Shown: positions 63,196-64,000 of the stretch, piece after piece
Layout of the letters: each line of letters begins with the position of its first letter
How positions within the stretch are numbered: position 1 is the first letter of the stretch
Origin: a virus
Lineage: Duplodnaviria > Caudoviricetes
Reading direction: 5' to 3' (one strand)
Virus record (IMG/VR): IMGVR_UViG_3300042691_031247
Length of the DNA: 64,000 nt
Notes under the pieces: generated by a model
The model's database searches: none
What the model saw: the letters and a program-made list of their open reading frames with translations, nothing else
What the model was told of the DNA's origin: nothing
Position numbers and translations under genes: made by a program

Positions 63196-63776
63196 TACCA
63201 CTCCAGCTCCACCGGGCGCTGCGTCTTGTAATTAAAGTCAACGTCAATCGGCGAGCGGAACTTCACGCCGGGAAGCGGAAGCTTCGGCGCCACAGAAGCC
63301 GTACCACCAAGGAGCCCAGCCGCAACCAGCGACGGCACGCCATACGATGTGTCCGCCAGCTGCGATAAGCCGCGGCCACCAGCCTGCAGCGCCTTGCCGG
63401 CAAAATCTGTGACGTGGCCGACACCACGAGTTGCCCGACCAGCAGCCCGGCCGCCAAAGCCCAGCGCCGACATGACGTCGCCGTACATGCCGGTGTTACC
63501 CGCGCCGTGATCGATCACCGTCTTGCCGCCCTTCATGGCTTCGCGGCCGACGCCTTTGGCTAACCCAGCTGCGCCACTCGTGGCCTGCCCGAGCCCTTCG
63601 ATCCCGCCGCCAAAGCCGCGCACCAGATGCTTGGCACCCTGATTGATCGTCTTGGCGCCTGTGGCAACCCCGCGGCCAGCTTGCGCCAGCCGAGCGAAAA
63701 TCGAACCCATGTTAATGCTCGGGGCTGCAGATTTTTCTTGCTGCCCAACGCTGTAGCCAAACTCAAACGGCGTCAT
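63195..63776 (-). CDS. Gly-rich protein, paralogous in its leader to the 652-aa protein
   Basis: Start reassigned to MTPFEFGYSVGQQEKSAA; amphipathic Gly repeats; C-terminal hydrophobic segment. Confidence 0.65.
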   Translation of the reverse strand: MTPFEFGYSVGQQEKSAAPSINMGSIFARLAQAGRGVATGAKTINQGAKHLVRGFGGGIEGLGQATSGAAGLAKGVGREAMKGGKTVIDHGAGNTGMYGDVMSALGFGGRAAGRATRGVGHVTDFAGKALQAGGRGLSQLADTSYGVPSLVAAGLLGGTASVAPKLPLPGVKFRSPIDVDFNYKTQRPVELEW

Positions 63777-63807
63777 GTGTCGGTCCTTTGTTATGAGAAC
63801 GAGTGTC

Positions 63808-63999
63808 TTACCACTTGAAAGGTCGCGGTGGTCGTGGCATAGTCGGCGCCGGAACAGGGGGCGCATTAAGCTGCTGCGCACTAATTTGCGCCGTGCTGTT
63901 TTCCAGCGGTTGCGAGCCCATCGTCATGCGCACGGTGTTAATCGGATTGCGAATCATGGCGTTCATGGTCGACTTCACCGGATTCATCGGCAGCGACAT
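63808..63999 (-). CDS. hypothetical protein (possibly 5'-truncated by the window edge)
   Basis: 63 codons at the window end; Met/Pro-rich. Confidence 0.4.
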   Translation of the reverse strand: MSLPMNPVKSTMNAMIRNPINTVRMTMGSQPLENSTAQISAQQLNAPPVPAPTMPRPPRPFKW

Positions 64000-64000
64000 C

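Noticed and set aside
1-64000. Alternative genetic code (stop-codon reassignment)
   Set aside because: Genes tile the minus strand densely in the standard code, and TAA, TAG and TGA all act as stops at coupled gene junctions.

Overview
All credible genes in this 64-kb window lie on the minus strand. It reads as the virion-morphogenesis and late region of a large, uncharacterised contractile-tailed (myovirus-like) bacteriophage; no host housekeeping context, terminase or recognisable portal is visible. In transcription order (right to left) it holds: (1) glycine-rich putative internal virion proteins; (2) an accessory block with PhoH, a PD-(D/E)xK-like nuclease, a SAM methyltransferase, a ferritin-like protein, dCMP deaminase and a GIY-YIG-like homing endonuclease; (3) an actin-like ATPase operon; (4) a candidate ~220-nt structured ncRNA, a holin, tRNA-Asn(GTT) and a multidomain protein with a 2H-phosphoesterase domain; (5) a holin-associated cassette with a matrixin-type metalloprotease and a papain-like protease but no classical endolysin; (6) a multisubunit-type RNA polymerase in which the full beta is fused to the N-terminal half of beta' and the C-terminal half of beta' is a separate gene; (7) prohead protease, scaffold, decoration protein and major capsid protein; (8) neck, sheath, tube, spike, chaperones, tape measure and baseplate, with a sigma70-family gene inserted among the baseplate genes. 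The strongest leads are this phage transcription machine (fused/split RNAP lacking both beta' zinc sites, plus its own sigma), a pervasive K-x-A-[A/S] motif at domain boundaries of head-region proteins (candidate maturation-cleavage code for cargo polyproteins, one with an Acb1-like 2H domain), and the unclassified ncRNA. All calls are by eye from motifs and synteny; no database searches were run.
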